In this document: positions 1-11,000 of the stretch, one piece after another | Numbering within the stretch: the stretch's first letter is position 1 | Layout: every line of letters starts with the position of its first letter | Assembly (NCBI GenBank): GCA_001661245.1 | Contig: KV454013.1 | Span: 393,005 to 438,305 of the forward strand | Length of the DNA stretch: 45,301 bases | Reading direction: 5' to 3' | From: Pachysolen tannophilus NRRL Y-2460 | Taxonomy: Eukaryota | Notes under the pieces: model-generated | The model's input: the letters and a program-made list of their open reading frames with translations, nothing else | Database searches by the model: none | What the model was told of the DNA's origin: nothing | Translations under genes and position numbers: made by a program

Positions 1-987
1 GATATTGTCAGTAAAGACGCTGTTTCTTCTCCAATTCCTTCAGATATCAAATTGAGTAAATCCTCAAGGAAGTTTCATTTATATCTTATTGAAAAATTAT
101 ATGGTATCACGTTAACTTTGGAATCAATGGAAAGGGAAAATTTACCAATTGACAACTCTGAATTATGGGCTACATTAATTGTCGCTGATGAGGAAAATCA
201 ACAAGTTAATCCATTTGTTGCGGTTTTCAACTATAATAAAGGAATGAAGTTGTTTTCAAGATTATTTCATTTTTTAACTTATGAACAAAAAATGAATTTG
301 ATAACTGTTATATTCAGCAATTTACAAAATATTGATGTTATTTTAAAAGGTTCTTATAAGAACTATGAAAGTTCAATTATTCCAGAAGATATTAATAAGA
401 AAATTGAATTATTTCAATTAACTGTTTTGAAAACCTTGGTTTTATTTTTGTCTGAGGCAAAATTCCAAGAAGTATTGAAATTATTAATTTATATTATTAG
501 TAAAAACAACTTGACATTTTTATGTACAACAAAGATTGGTTTATCAATTATTACCATTTCGATTTCAAGATTAGAATTGATCAAGCAAGAATATAATAAT
601 AAATTGAGCGGTGAAGATTTGGCTACATGGAGCCAAATCTATGATAAATTATTTCAATACATTGAAGGAAGATTGACATCAATTTTCCCACCATCATTAT
701 CATCATCTACTTCCAATAATAATAGTTTTGTTGAAAGTTCAAACGATGAAGATGATTCATATATCTGGCAATTTTTGGCTTCTTTGTCGTTAGCCGGTAA
801 GTTGAATCACCAAAGAATTATTGTTGACGAGGTTAGAGATGAAATATTTGGTGTTCAAAAGAAAGCTAAACACGAGATGAGTATAGGTAATGTTGATAAG
901 GCTAACAAGTATATCGGTAACTTGAATTTGTTTTTAAATGTTATGGGATTAAAGGCTAATGAGAATGACATTACTGAAATAAAATAA
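1..987 (+). CDS. PAT1: Pat1 mRNA-decapping activator, C-terminal part (5'-truncated by window edge)
   Basis: Frame is open from base 1 (GAT ATT GTC...) into the 52..987 ORF. Has Pat1 C-terminal motifs YIWQFLASL..GKLNHQRIIVDEVRDEIF and NLNLFLNVMGL. Confidence 0.92.
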   Translation, partial: DIVSKDAVSSPIPSDIKLSKSSRKFHLYLIEKLYGITLTLESMERENLPIDNSELWATLIVADEENQQVNPFVAVFNYNKGMKLFSRLFHFLTYEQKMNLITVIFSNLQNIDVILKGSYKNYESSIIPEDINKKIELFQLTVLKTLVLFLSEAKFQEVLKLLIYIISKNNLTFLCTTKIGLSIITISISRLELIKQEYNNKLSGEDLATWSQIYDKLFQYIEGRLTSIFPPSLSSSTSNNNSFVESSNDEDDSYIWQFLASLSLAGKLNHQRIIVDEVRDEIFGVQKKAKHEMSIGNVDKANKYIGNLNLFLNVMGLKANENDITEIK

Positions 988-1333
988 TCTCTTTTTTCCC
1001 CTTTTTTTCTTTTCTTTTCTTTTCTTTTCTTTTTCTTTCGTTTGAATTATTAATTGTTTTTATGTTGTTTGTTTTATTTTTTAATATTTGGATTAAATTT
1101 TTTTTTTAATACTTTTTTTTTTTTTTTTTTTTTTTTCTTTTTCTTTTTTTTTCAATTTTATATTTTCTGGTATAAAGGTTTATCATAGCGGATGACACTA
1201 AAGCTAAAACTAAAAATGATTTATATGAATTTAAGTACATATAATGTAATGATTAATAGGGATAACTGAAATTCTACAAATTAATAATAATAAGATATGG
1301 TAAAGTGTAAATTTGTAAATTTCAAAAAATTTC

Positions 1334-1341
1334 TATATACA
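1334..1341 (-). promoter_or_regulatory. Putative Puf3 element (UGUAUAUA) in IMG2 3'UTR
   Basis: TGTATATA on the minus strand about 55 nt after the IMG2 stop. UGUANAUA is the known Puf3 motif on mitoribosomal mRNAs, but it is short and AT-rich. Confidence 0.45.
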
Positions 1342-1395
1342 ATAAAATTGAAAAATTCAGAATCAACAACATAATTTTATTCTTTTTTTTTGTTA

Positions 1396-1824
1396 TTAAA
1401 ACTTCAGTGCCAAGATGTTCTTAACATCATCTGTAAAATCCCCCTTTATTAAAATTTTTTTACTTTCCATAACACATTTGAACAGATTTTTATCTATATA
1501 TGGCAACGATTCTTGTAAATCATTTCTGAATGAAACTATATCACCTTTTATTTTCCTTATTTCAGTATAAATATTCTTCGATTTTATCGTCTTATATACA
1601 GGCAAATGATTAAATTTTGATCTAGAAACATGATAAGTCTTTGTATTTACTCCAAAAGCTTTATTACCATATAACTCATCCACATTAATTTCTGATAATT
1701 TTGGAAATATCTTTGAAGGCAGCAGTTTTGAAACAATAGAATCACCAGAAGCAGCAGACGTAGAGTTAAACCTTATAGAAAAACCAATTTCTTGGCAAGC
1801 AAGCCCAAATCTTGACTTAAACAT
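1396..1824 (-). CDS. IMG2: Mitochondrial ribosomal protein mL49/Img2
   Basis: First ATG is at 1824 (track starts at TTG 1830). Presequence-like N-terminus (...IRFNS) and motif YHVSRSKFNHLPVY..TEIRKIKGD. Confidence 0.88.
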   Translation of the reverse strand: MFKSRFGLACQEIGFSIRFNSTSAASGDSIVSKLLPSKIFPKLSEINVDELYGNKAFGVNTKTYHVSRSKFNHLPVYKTIKSKNIYTEIRKIKGDIVSFRNDLQESLPYIDKNLFKCVMESKKILIKGDFTDDVKNILALKF

Positions 1825-2085
1825 CCTCAAACACCAGATATAAAATTAATATTTTTTAAATAAAAACCAACAAGTCTTTTCTTTAAATAGTATTTATTCA
1901 TTTCTTTGAAGAAAAATTTCGACAATTTTTCACCATCTCCAAAATTTGTTTTGCGTAAACTACTTTTTTTGTTTCTTATTTCAAGTTCACTTTCAAGAGG
2001 TTGAATTGAATTGAATTGAAAGAAAAGGAAGGAAAAGTTTTCAAGTAGTTTTGTGGAAAAAAAAAGTCTTTCTCTATATCGAAGT

Positions 2086-2529
2086 ATGGAGTCAGAAGGT
2101 TACACTCTTGAAGAGTCACTGTTTATATCAATAGTAAATAAACGGGTAACTCCGGCGTTTGGCGAACCTTTCCAATTAAATTTAGGTGTACCGAAATTTT
2201 TCAATTCAAATCAAGGTGGTAAGAATAAAATTGCAATTACATGTTTTATATCTAGAAAAGGTTCCAATGATGAATTAGGTGCTTATATATATTCCATTAT
2301 TGATTCGAGAACTTTGAAAGTTTATCAAACTATATTGAATAATTCAAGTGAAGATTTACTCGATTTGACCAAAAGATTATCTTTATTGATTACAAAGAAA
2401 TACAAGGTTCCAAGTTATGTTAGTATCTCTGGAGATATTGGTGTAGAAGAAAGTATGATATACATCAAGGAAGTTTTGAAAAATATTGATGAGAGCTCGC
2501 AACTGCCTCAAGAACAAGAAATAAGTTAG
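2086..2529 (+). CDS. POC4: Proteasome assembly chaperone Poc4/Pba4-like protein
   Basis: First ATG is at 2086. Pattern LGAYIYSI...LTKRLSLLITKKYKVPSYVS resembles Poc4 (LSCYYYAI...MATIISERFNRPCYV). POC4 neighbours PXA1, KES1 and RPL33A in S. cerevisiae. Confidence 0.65.
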   Translation: MESEGYTLEESLFISIVNKRVTPAFGEPFQLNLGVPKFFNSNQGGKNKIAITCFISRKGSNDELGAYIYSIIDSRTLKVYQTILNNSSEDLLDLTKRLSLLITKKYKVPSYVSISGDIGVEESMIYIKEVLKNIDESSQLPQEQEIS

Positions 2530-2956
2530 GTCAAAGTTCATGAACTTTGGGTATCTTTTTATTTTTTTTTTTTGATTTTTTCTTCATTATTATTACCATT
2601 AAACACGATTTGATAAGAACACTAATTAGTATAGTAAATAGGCCTTATAATAACTAATCAAGATATTAAGCAAGCCTTTATTTACTTCACCACAATCTTT
2701 TTTCAATTGCTTGTTTGATTGGTGAGTTTTGCTGTTGTCGTTCCGTCTGCTGGACGAGTGAGTGTGCGTGTGTTTTTTTTGACCCCTCATGTGACCCGAG
2801 AGATGAGATGACAATAATAAAGAATAAGGTAGTAAGTAATATAAAAGAGCAAGTTATTTAAAGAGAACATTATTTTCATTTAAGGAAAGTTGAAATGAGA
2901 TATATTGGTAGTAGATGGGAAGATTATTTGAGTGATTAATTTGAAATGATATAGTT

Positions 2957-5536
2957 ATGGTGATGAATATAGTGGATAGTAAGAGATTTTTGTATCAGTA
3001 TTATTTAAGATACATAATCAATAATTATAAGTCGTTAAAGATAAGCGTCAAATCAAAATATGTTTTATTGTTTTTATTTACAATATGTTCTTCTTCAGCG
3101 CTATTGTCGATATATAGCTTACAGAAATTGCTTAATAAGTTTAAGAATCAGAAATCCAATTCGATAAAATTGAAAAGATCAAAATCTTCTTTAATATCTC
3201 CTAATGGTTCAAGAAAAATTGCAGTACCATATAAGTCAAATAAATTTATTGATGTTGTAATACCACCAATTAATTATGATAAATATGAATCAGATAATTT
3301 AGAATTTAGGAAAGTTTCTAAGGAGTTAAAGTTGTTGAGTGAAAATGATCTGTTTAATAATGTTTTCTTTAATGATTTTAAAAAATTGTTTGTTATTTGG
3401 AAATTAATCTTGATTCCAAAAATTTTTGATAAAAATTCAACTTTGTTAGCAGCTCAAATTTTTTTCTTAATTGCAAGAACATGGCTTTCTCTCTTAGTTA
3501 CGAAATTAGATGCTACAATTGTTAGAGATTTGATTGGGTTAAAGGGTAAAAAATTCTCTAGAGATTTAATTTATTGGTTCTTATTAGCATTTCCAGCTTC
3601 TTATACAAACTCTGCTATTAGGTATGTTACCAAGAGATTGGCTTTAAGTTTTAGAACAAATGTAATTCGTTATATTCATGACTTGTACTTGGATGATCAA
3701 TTGGTTTATTACAAGAGTCAGTTCAATGATAGTGAAATTAAAAATATCGATCAATATATTACTGAAGATGTTAAAAAATTTTGTACCACTTTAAGTTCTT
3801 TATTTAGTGATATTGGTAAACCATTCATTGATTTAATATTCTTTAGTTTCTATCTTAGAGATAGTTTAGGAACAATAGGTATTACTGGTATATTTATAAA
3901 TTATTTTCTTACTGGTATTTTTTTAAAGAAAAGATCACCAAATTTCAGTAAACTTTTGAAACAAAGAACAACTTTAGAAGGAATTTTCTATAATTATAAC
4001 TTAAATTTGATCAATAACTGCGAAGAAATTTCATTTTATAAGGGTACTCGTCTAGAAAAATTAAAAATTGTTTCTATATTCAACAAGTTAATGGATCAAT
4101 TATATTCAGAATATGAAATTAGACTTATTTATCAATTTTGGGAGGATTATATTTTGAAATATAGTTGGTCTGCTTTAGGGTATTTATTTGCTTCTATCCC
4201 TATATTTTTCAATGATTTAATGAGCAGTACTGGTTCACTGAAAAAAACTTTTAGTGAAAGTAGAAATATGAAAGAATTTATAATCAATAAGAGATTGATG
4301 TTATCATTGGCAGATTCTGGAAGTAGATTAATGTTTTCAATTAAAGAATTATCCAGATTGTCTGGTTGCACAGATCGTATATTCTCCTTATTGTCTAATT
4401 TACATCAGGTTCATGATTTCAAAAAATTTCAATTTGGTGCTACTGGAAATGAAATAAAAGGAACTGTTCAACTGAATTATCCAGGTTTGAGGTTTGAAAA
4501 ATTGCCGATAATAATACCTTCAAACAAAGGTTCTAATGGTATAAAACTAATCAATTCATTGAATTTTGCAATTCAAGAAAATCAAAACTTGTTGATCTTG
4601 GGAGATAATGGTACCGGAAAAACTTCAATTATGAGAGTAATTGCTAGTTTATGGCCTATATATCAAGGTTTATTGTCTAAACCTTTAGACAAGAACATTA
4701 TGTATATTTCCCAAAAACCATATTTTTTAAATAATGGGAATTTAAGAGATCAAATCATTTACCCATTAAATTTCTCAGAAATGTTAGATGCAGGTTACAA
4801 TGACGCTACATTGATTAAAATCTTAAATGATGTTGGTTTGAGATACTTGATTAAAAGATTTAATAATGATTTGAATTTCAGTCCAATTTCAGTAATAAAT
4901 AACAATAACGAAGGAAAAACTGAAGAAGATAGCAGCGTTGTTTCAGCAACCAATAATCCATGGTTTAATTTGCTTTCTGGGGGTGAGAGACAGAAGTTAA
5001 TCATGGCAAGAATACTATTCCATCATAAGAAATTTGTAATATTAGATGAACCAACAAATGCAATGACATTTGATGCAGAAGATCAAATGTTTGAGAAATT
5101 GATAAAAGAAAATTTTACAATTATTACTATATCACACAGACCTTTATTGGTGAAATATCATGATTGCTTATTGGAGATAAAGGAAGGTGGTGACTACCAG
5201 TTTCATCTTGTTAAAAATTCATATAAATTAAATTCAACAAACTATGATGAAGACGGAGTATATTTAAAATCTGTCTCTGCAGAAATTGAAGAATTACAAT
5301 TAAAGTTAAAAGCAAAATCTAAGCTAAAAAAGAGAAACAAAGAATTGGAAAAATTGTTGGATGAAGATCATCCTGGTGATTTAAATGCCGACACAGAAAA
5401 TGCAAGTGTTCACTTTACTGTTAGCGATCATAGTAATAGTGGTTCTAGTGATGAAAGCAATCAAATTGCTATGAATACCAATTCGATAAGAGAAAAATTA
5501 GATGCTGAAGAAATAGATGTTTCTGTTAATGATTAA
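2957..5536 (+). CDS. PXA1: Peroxisomal long-chain acyl-CoA ABC half-transporter (ABCD family)
   Basis: Pxa1-type segments RTWLSL..KLD, PASYTNSAI and RLMLSLADSGSRLM. Walker A GDNGTGKT, signature LSGGERQ, Walker B VILDE. Confidence 0.9.
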   Translation: MVMNIVDSKRFLYQYYLRYIINNYKSLKISVKSKYVLLFLFTICSSSALLSIYSLQKLLNKFKNQKSNSIKLKRSKSSLISPNGSRKIAVPYKSNKFIDVVIPPINYDKYESDNLEFRKVSKELKLLSENDLFNNVFFNDFKKLFVIWKLILIPKIFDKNSTLLAAQIFFLIARTWLSLLVTKLDATIVRDLIGLKGKKFSRDLIYWFLLAFPASYTNSAIRYVTKRLALSFRTNVIRYIHDLYLDDQLVYYKSQFNDSEIKNIDQYITEDVKKFCTTLSSLFSDIGKPFIDLIFFSFYLRDSLGTIGITGIFINYFLTGIFLKKRSPNFSKLLKQRTTLEGIFYNYNLNLINNCEEISFYKGTRLEKLKIVSIFNKLMDQLYSEYEIRLIYQFWEDYILKYSWSALGYLFASIPIFFNDLMSSTGSLKKTFSESRNMKEFIINKRLMLSLADSGSRLMFSIKELSRLSGCTDRIFSLLSNLHQVHDFKKFQFGATGNEIKGTVQLNYPGLRFEKLPIIIPSNKGSNGIKLINSLNFAIQENQNLLILGDNGTGKTSIMRVIASLWPIYQGLLSKPLDKNIMYISQKPYFLNNGNLRDQIIYPLNFSEMLDAGYNDATLIKILNDVGLRYLIKRFNNDLNFSPISVINNNNEGKTEEDSSVVSATNNPWFNLLSGGERQKLIMARILFHHKKFVILDEPTNAMTFDAEDQMFEKLIKENFTIITISHRPLLVKYHDCLLEIKEGGDYQFHLVKNSYKLNSTNYDEDGVYLKSVSAEIEELQLKLKAKSKLKKRNKELEKLLDEDHPGDLNADTENASVHFTVSDHSNSGSSDESNQIAMNTNSIREKLDAEEIDVSVND

Positions 5537-5621
5537 ATGATCTATAACTGTATAGTGCTTTTTTTTTTTTTTTATTCTTTTATTTCTAATCTAGATAAAA
5601 TTTCAAAATTTTTTTCAACAT

Positions 5622-6353
5622 TTACAACTGATACCACGGTAGTTCTTTAACCAAAGTTTCAATATCACCATAAGGATTCCCGTTTTTAAAAGGATCTCTT
5701 TGCTCTTTTTTCACCAGTAATGGTGCCTTGATTCCGAACTCATCACTCATGAAAAACTTTAGAGCAAACAGATATTCATTCTCTTTCAAATCTTTCTGAA
5801 ATTTCTCTTTCTCGTTTTCCGGGGTACTATCGTCTAATTGAGGATCAATACCAACATATTCAACATTTGTAACAGGGAACTTAATTGCCTTTACATGATA
5901 ATCTAAGAAACGACTTTTCTTAAATTCATATCCCACTATGGTTATTTTCTTTGGGTATGAGTTATAAATTTGCTTGAATCTTGAAATTGCAAAGACTAAG
6001 TTTTCGAATGAATCTCTAGCAAATTCTTCTAAAAAAATGCTATCACTATTCTTTTCATCAACGATTTTCAAGTTGCATCCTAGCAAATAATATGACAATG
6101 CCTCAGAAATTGGACCGCATTGTTTCTTGGTCTGTCCTCCACTTATAATCAAAGTTGATTTTGCTATATCTGTATTCAATATTTCAATTGTTTTCTGTAA
6201 ATGCTTGATTAAAATCAAATGGTCCTTTGAAGGTTTTTGAAAAGACAGTAATTCCCATTCATCTATATCTTCACCAGGATTATTATTACTGAAAGGCAGA
6301 TAAAATTTCCATATGGCATGGCAGGGCAATATTATCAAGTGATCCTTCGTCAT
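5622..6353 (-). CDS. Conserved fungal YOR238W-like (DUF218-like) protein
   Basis: Motifs HLIILPCHAIW, LIISGGQTK, SEALSY, EEFARDSFENL and ITIVGYEFKKSRF. Syntenic with DFR1/HES1 in S. cerevisiae. Confidence 0.8.
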   Translation of the reverse strand: MTKDHLIILPCHAIWKFYLPFSNNNPGEDIDEWELLSFQKPSKDHLILIKHLQKTIEILNTDIAKSTLIISGGQTKKQCGPISEALSYYLLGCNLKIVDEKNSDSIFLEEFARDSFENLVFAISRFKQIYNSYPKKITIVGYEFKKSRFLDYHVKAIKFPVTNVEYVGIDPQLDDSTPENEKEKFQKDLKENEYLFALKFFMSDEFGIKAPLLVKKEQRDPFKNGNPYGDIETLVKELPWYQL

Positions 6354-6624
6354 TGATCTAACTTACTTTAATAGATGAATTTAACCTCAGTTTAATTTTA
6401 AACCAGAATTTCAGTTTAAGAGATAACAAGTATTTTGACTATTTTAGGTAATTACACTTTTCATTTACACACTATTATAAATATTATTACACAATTAATC
6501 AAGTTGTTGATGATCGATCATCTATTTATTTAGCAAAAAGAGAACCGATATGAATTTGAAGGTTGTAACTGTAAGATTGAAGCGAATTTGATGATGAAGA
6601 TGGTTGTTTTAATGGATGTCTATT

Positions 6625-7876
6625 TCATAAAAAATAATCAATGTGACGAGCTTTTCTGTTCAACGTTCTACCTTTGGACTCACCTTCATTTCCCAATTCT
6701 TCGAAAAATAACTCATCACTGAAATAGTAGCTATTATCTCCATTTAATGAGCCACCGTTATCCAAATCATTATTTGCATCATCATCTATAAATCCACTAT
6801 TATTGTTTGTATTGAAGATACTATTGTTCAATCTCCTGAATTCTTTATCACTTTCAGGTGATGCATCAAAGACATTGAACAAATAACTATCATCATCATT
6901 AAAACTATTGAAAACTTCCATTATAGAAGCCTTATTACCGCATCTATAGCAGTAGTTTGGAGCGGACCATACAGTGGTGACTTTACCATTCCAAAAAACT
7001 TGAAACCCTTCGTTACATAATTGATGAGCTCTTAAAATTTTATCAAATCCATTTATCGATAAGAACTTGTTTACAATATTGATACCAAATTGATAACCAG
7101 CACCTCTTGAAGAAATTTGAAAATTTAATAAATCCAAATCTGGATCTGACCAAACCAAATCAGCCATTGGACCATCATGTGGAATTTCTTTAAACCTATC
7201 TATCACTAAAATTGAGTTTATAGTTTGAATATTTGGAGATAATCCTCCATGAATGCAAAAAATTGAATTATCTATTATACAACTCAATATCAAATAATCA
7301 AATAAATCTGTAAAATATTGCCATACCATAGAATTTGATCCATATTTGTTTATACATTCTGTATAAAATCCATAATTTGTAGTTATCTGTCTTGACTCAT
7401 GATTCCCTCTAATAAGATTCACTCTATTTGGATACTTCAATTTCAATACAATCAATAATGAAATGGTTTCTACAGAATGATACCCTCTATCAACATAATC
7501 TCCTAAAAACAAATAATTGGTATCCGGTGGATAACCACCAATTTTAAAAATTTCCAACAAATCATAAAACTGACCATGAATATCTCCCACCACCGTTATA
7601 GGTGTCTGCAAATGAACTATATTACTCTCAGTTATCAATAACTCCTTCAATTTGAAACATAACTTTTTTATCAACTCCTCACCTAGTAAATTGTTGTTAT
7701 ATAGCTGTTCCAAACACTGATCCAAATTCAACGATGATGCTAAACAAATACAAATCGTTAGTATCTCTTGAAACTCAAAACCAAAAAGATACAAAAAAAA
7801 ATCAAGAAGCTGCTGTTGATATCTATCTATCAAAATCTTATTACTTCTACTCACAGTTGAATACCTCCCTCGTCAT
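6625..7876 (-). CDS. PPG1: PP2A-like Ser/Thr phosphatase Ppg1; spliced: exon1 7876-7855, intron 7854-7740, exon2 7739-6625
   Basis: Motifs GDIHG, GDYVDRG, RGNHE, SAPNYCYRCGN and C-terminal DYFL. Intron GTGAGT...TACTAAC (7763-7757)...TTTAG joins in frame to give MTREVFNSSSLNLDQCLE. Divergent from SSK2, as in S. cerevisiae. Confidence 0.88.
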
Positions 7877-8078
7877 TATCTCTTTCTATATCTCTATTAA
7901 TCTCCTTTAATACTATATCTTCAATTACGTACTAATGTACTATTTACAGTAGTGCTTTTCAAAAGAAATATTTTTAACCAAATATAAGCAAATTATAAGA
8001 GAACTACTTTAAATTGGTTTTATTATTTGCAGAAAAGTCTATCAAAGAGTAAATAGAAATCAGATAGATGGATTGAAG

Positions 8079-11000
8079 ATGAAGAAGATTGATACGAGTG
8101 TTCATCAGTCTTCTGATGGAGATAATAAATCTAGTTTAAGTACACCAACAACGCAGCAACTGCCAAATGTGACTATATCGACAACGCCGAAGAATGTTTC
8201 ACCAGTTACAGGTAGAAGAGTATCTAATCCGTCATCGACGATATCTAGGTCTAAGTTATTACAAAAGATATCCTCACCGACGTCGAGTGTTAATAATAGT
8301 GGTTCTGGTTTAAATAGTGGTGGTGTTAGTGGCGTTTTAAATAGCGGCGGTAATAGTGGTAGTGGCGCTAATAATTCTAATACCACAACTTCAAGTTTAC
8401 AGAATTCTATATCATCATTTCATATAAGCAAATCTGGGAGACCACAATCAAGGACGCCATCTTCTTTGAACACGTCTCCAAGGTCCACTGCAACAACAAC
8501 AGCTGCCAACCCAAATGAATCAACAATGGGGATTTCTAGAACTTCGTCTCAGAAAAGAGCAAGATCAAGATCTGTAACTAATGGTGCCAATAATAATATC
8601 AATAATAATGGTACTAGCAGTGCTGGTACCAACAACAATCTTTTAAGCCCTGGGATAGCTAGTGCTGGTGTTAATGGGTTGCATCGTAATAATAGCAACT
8701 CAAATCTTAATAATGTACATAATACCGGTCTCAATTTGGGTTCTCATTTAAATATAACATCAACTTCTACAACAAATAGTGGTCGACCAAGTAGGCGCCA
8801 TAGTATAATTCAATCAAATTTGAATTCAAAGTCGAATGAACAGTATTTACAACAGGAGAAAGTATATTTACGTAAGATGCAAGAAAAAAATAAAAACAAC
8901 AAGTTTGTTAGATTAATTGATGATTACTACACAAAAGGAATAACCACTACAGGCGAAGAAGAAGACGAAGACGAGGAGGAAGACGAGGAGGAGGAAGACG
9001 AGGAAGATGATAATGATGATGACGATGAAGATTTCGAAGACGACGATGATAATATTGAGAATGTCGTTGATTTTGAAACTGAAGCAGATAGAGATAATTG
9101 CTTACCACTTAAAACTGTTTATACCAAATTTAACAATAGGGATCATCAACCAGAAACCTCTTCCAAGATAGAGCCTGTTGAAACGGATCTGCTGGTGGTG
9201 GTGGTGCCGGGAGCACAACAGCAACCACCGGGAGGTGAAGTAGGTGCTCTAGGACAACAACAGGATGATAAAAATTATTTGATAAATCCGAATAATTTAG
9301 CTAATTTATCCGTTGAAAATAATTTGCCAACAGTTGATGACACATACATTTCAGAAAGGTTAGAGTGGCAGTCTATGTTAAGATCTGTCTTGACCGGTGA
9401 TGTTGTTAAATCAGAGAAAATTAAAATTATTGTTCCCATGAATGAAAACGAAAGTGAAAGTTACTTACATGCAACTTATAAGGATAATTTATGGATAGGA
9501 ATAAAGTCAAAAATCTATGGAAGAACTTCTGAAGAACAGAAAAAGCTAATATTGTATAAAAGATCATTAGCTGATGAGACAATCAATAAAATTTTGAATT
9601 TCAAGTTGGAATATAAAGATCAGAAGACTGATAAAACTAAAGAAGACGATTCATATTTTCCAAGTCAATCGGTTATTAAAGAAAGAACTGATTATGCTTT
9701 GGAGCAAGTTACCGCTGTGTTAGATGAATATGAATCAATTCAGGATTTGTGGAGAACTCAAAAGGAAATGCGTAATGAAAAACCAGCTTGTGGTACTCCT
9801 GAATTTGAAGACAGAGTTGATGCTTTAATTGCTTGGAAATCCATTGTGGAGCTGATAAATAGAGAAGAATCTGTTTTGAAAGCGTGGGTTGGTAATGATG
9901 ATTTGGATATTTTAAGAAAGGCTACTGCTTCAACTCCTGCTTCACCCTTAAACACTACTGTCACTCCTTCGACTAAAAATAACATTGATAATGAGAAAAA
10001 GATTTTTAGAGATGATAGCAGTTTTGTAGAAAGGATATTGAAAGAAAAAGATGTAAAACTAGTTTTTGATAGAAGAATTTTTAGCAACTTAGGTCCATGG
10101 GTTGCAAAAGCAAGAGATTCATTTTTGGAATTGAGATATATGTTTGAGTTATTGAATTTACCTATATATCTTCAACAGTTATTAAACTTGGCATTGTTCC
10201 CTTTAAAATTAATAAAGGAATTGATTAATGTTAGATTAGTTTATGCAAAAAAATTAAAGAATCCTACTATGATGATGATAGATCAAATGATAGATGATTT
10301 TAGGACATATCTTGAATTGGCTATGGATATCAGAGTTGTATTAATGGAGTATTGTTTTCCTCAAGAGGGATGGGTTATGGAAAATTATATTGACCCAACT
10401 TTTGACCAAACAGTTCTAAATTGTGTCCATTATTATTTATTCTTATTGAATAGGAAATTGCTAGATAGTTCAAGGTCTCCAAAAACTTTTAGAACTTTTA
10501 AAGAACCAGAAGAGTTAGAGAAGCAATGGAATTTCTTGCAAAATTTGGGTTACTATATAGATGGAGGTGGTTTACAAATTGCTGAACAGTTTTCATCTTT
10601 AACTTCTAAGTTAATTAGCAGACTATTGACTTATATTCAAACACAATTTCAAGGACCTTCAACTTACAATAAGAACGAGTTGGTTAGGTGGTATACTTCT
10701 GCAATGGAAAATTTTGGTGCTTTAAGAAGAAAGTTTACAAGATTCAGTATTATGATTAATCAATATTTTCAAAACTCTTTAGTATTTAACTTGCAAAATA
10801 ACAAGTTAATGAAGAAATTTTTGGAAAATTTGAAGATCACAGATCATTTTTTAATATATACTGGAACAATTGAAAAGCAAGGTGTCTACTTAATCGCTAG
10901 CGGAAATTTGTTCAATAAACAGGGAGAAATCTTAAAGATTTTGAATGGATCACAATTGGGAGTTGACATTAATAAAATTCCAGAAAGTCACTTGAAGATT

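Noticed and set aside
2808..2956. Possible upstream exon/intron of PXA1 (GTAAGT at 2832, TAG at 2954)
   Set aside because: No CTAAC-type branch point, and the join to ATG 2808 is out of frame.
7740..7854. Hydrophobic N-terminal extension of Ppg1 in the ORF track
   Set aside because: It is translated intron sequence.
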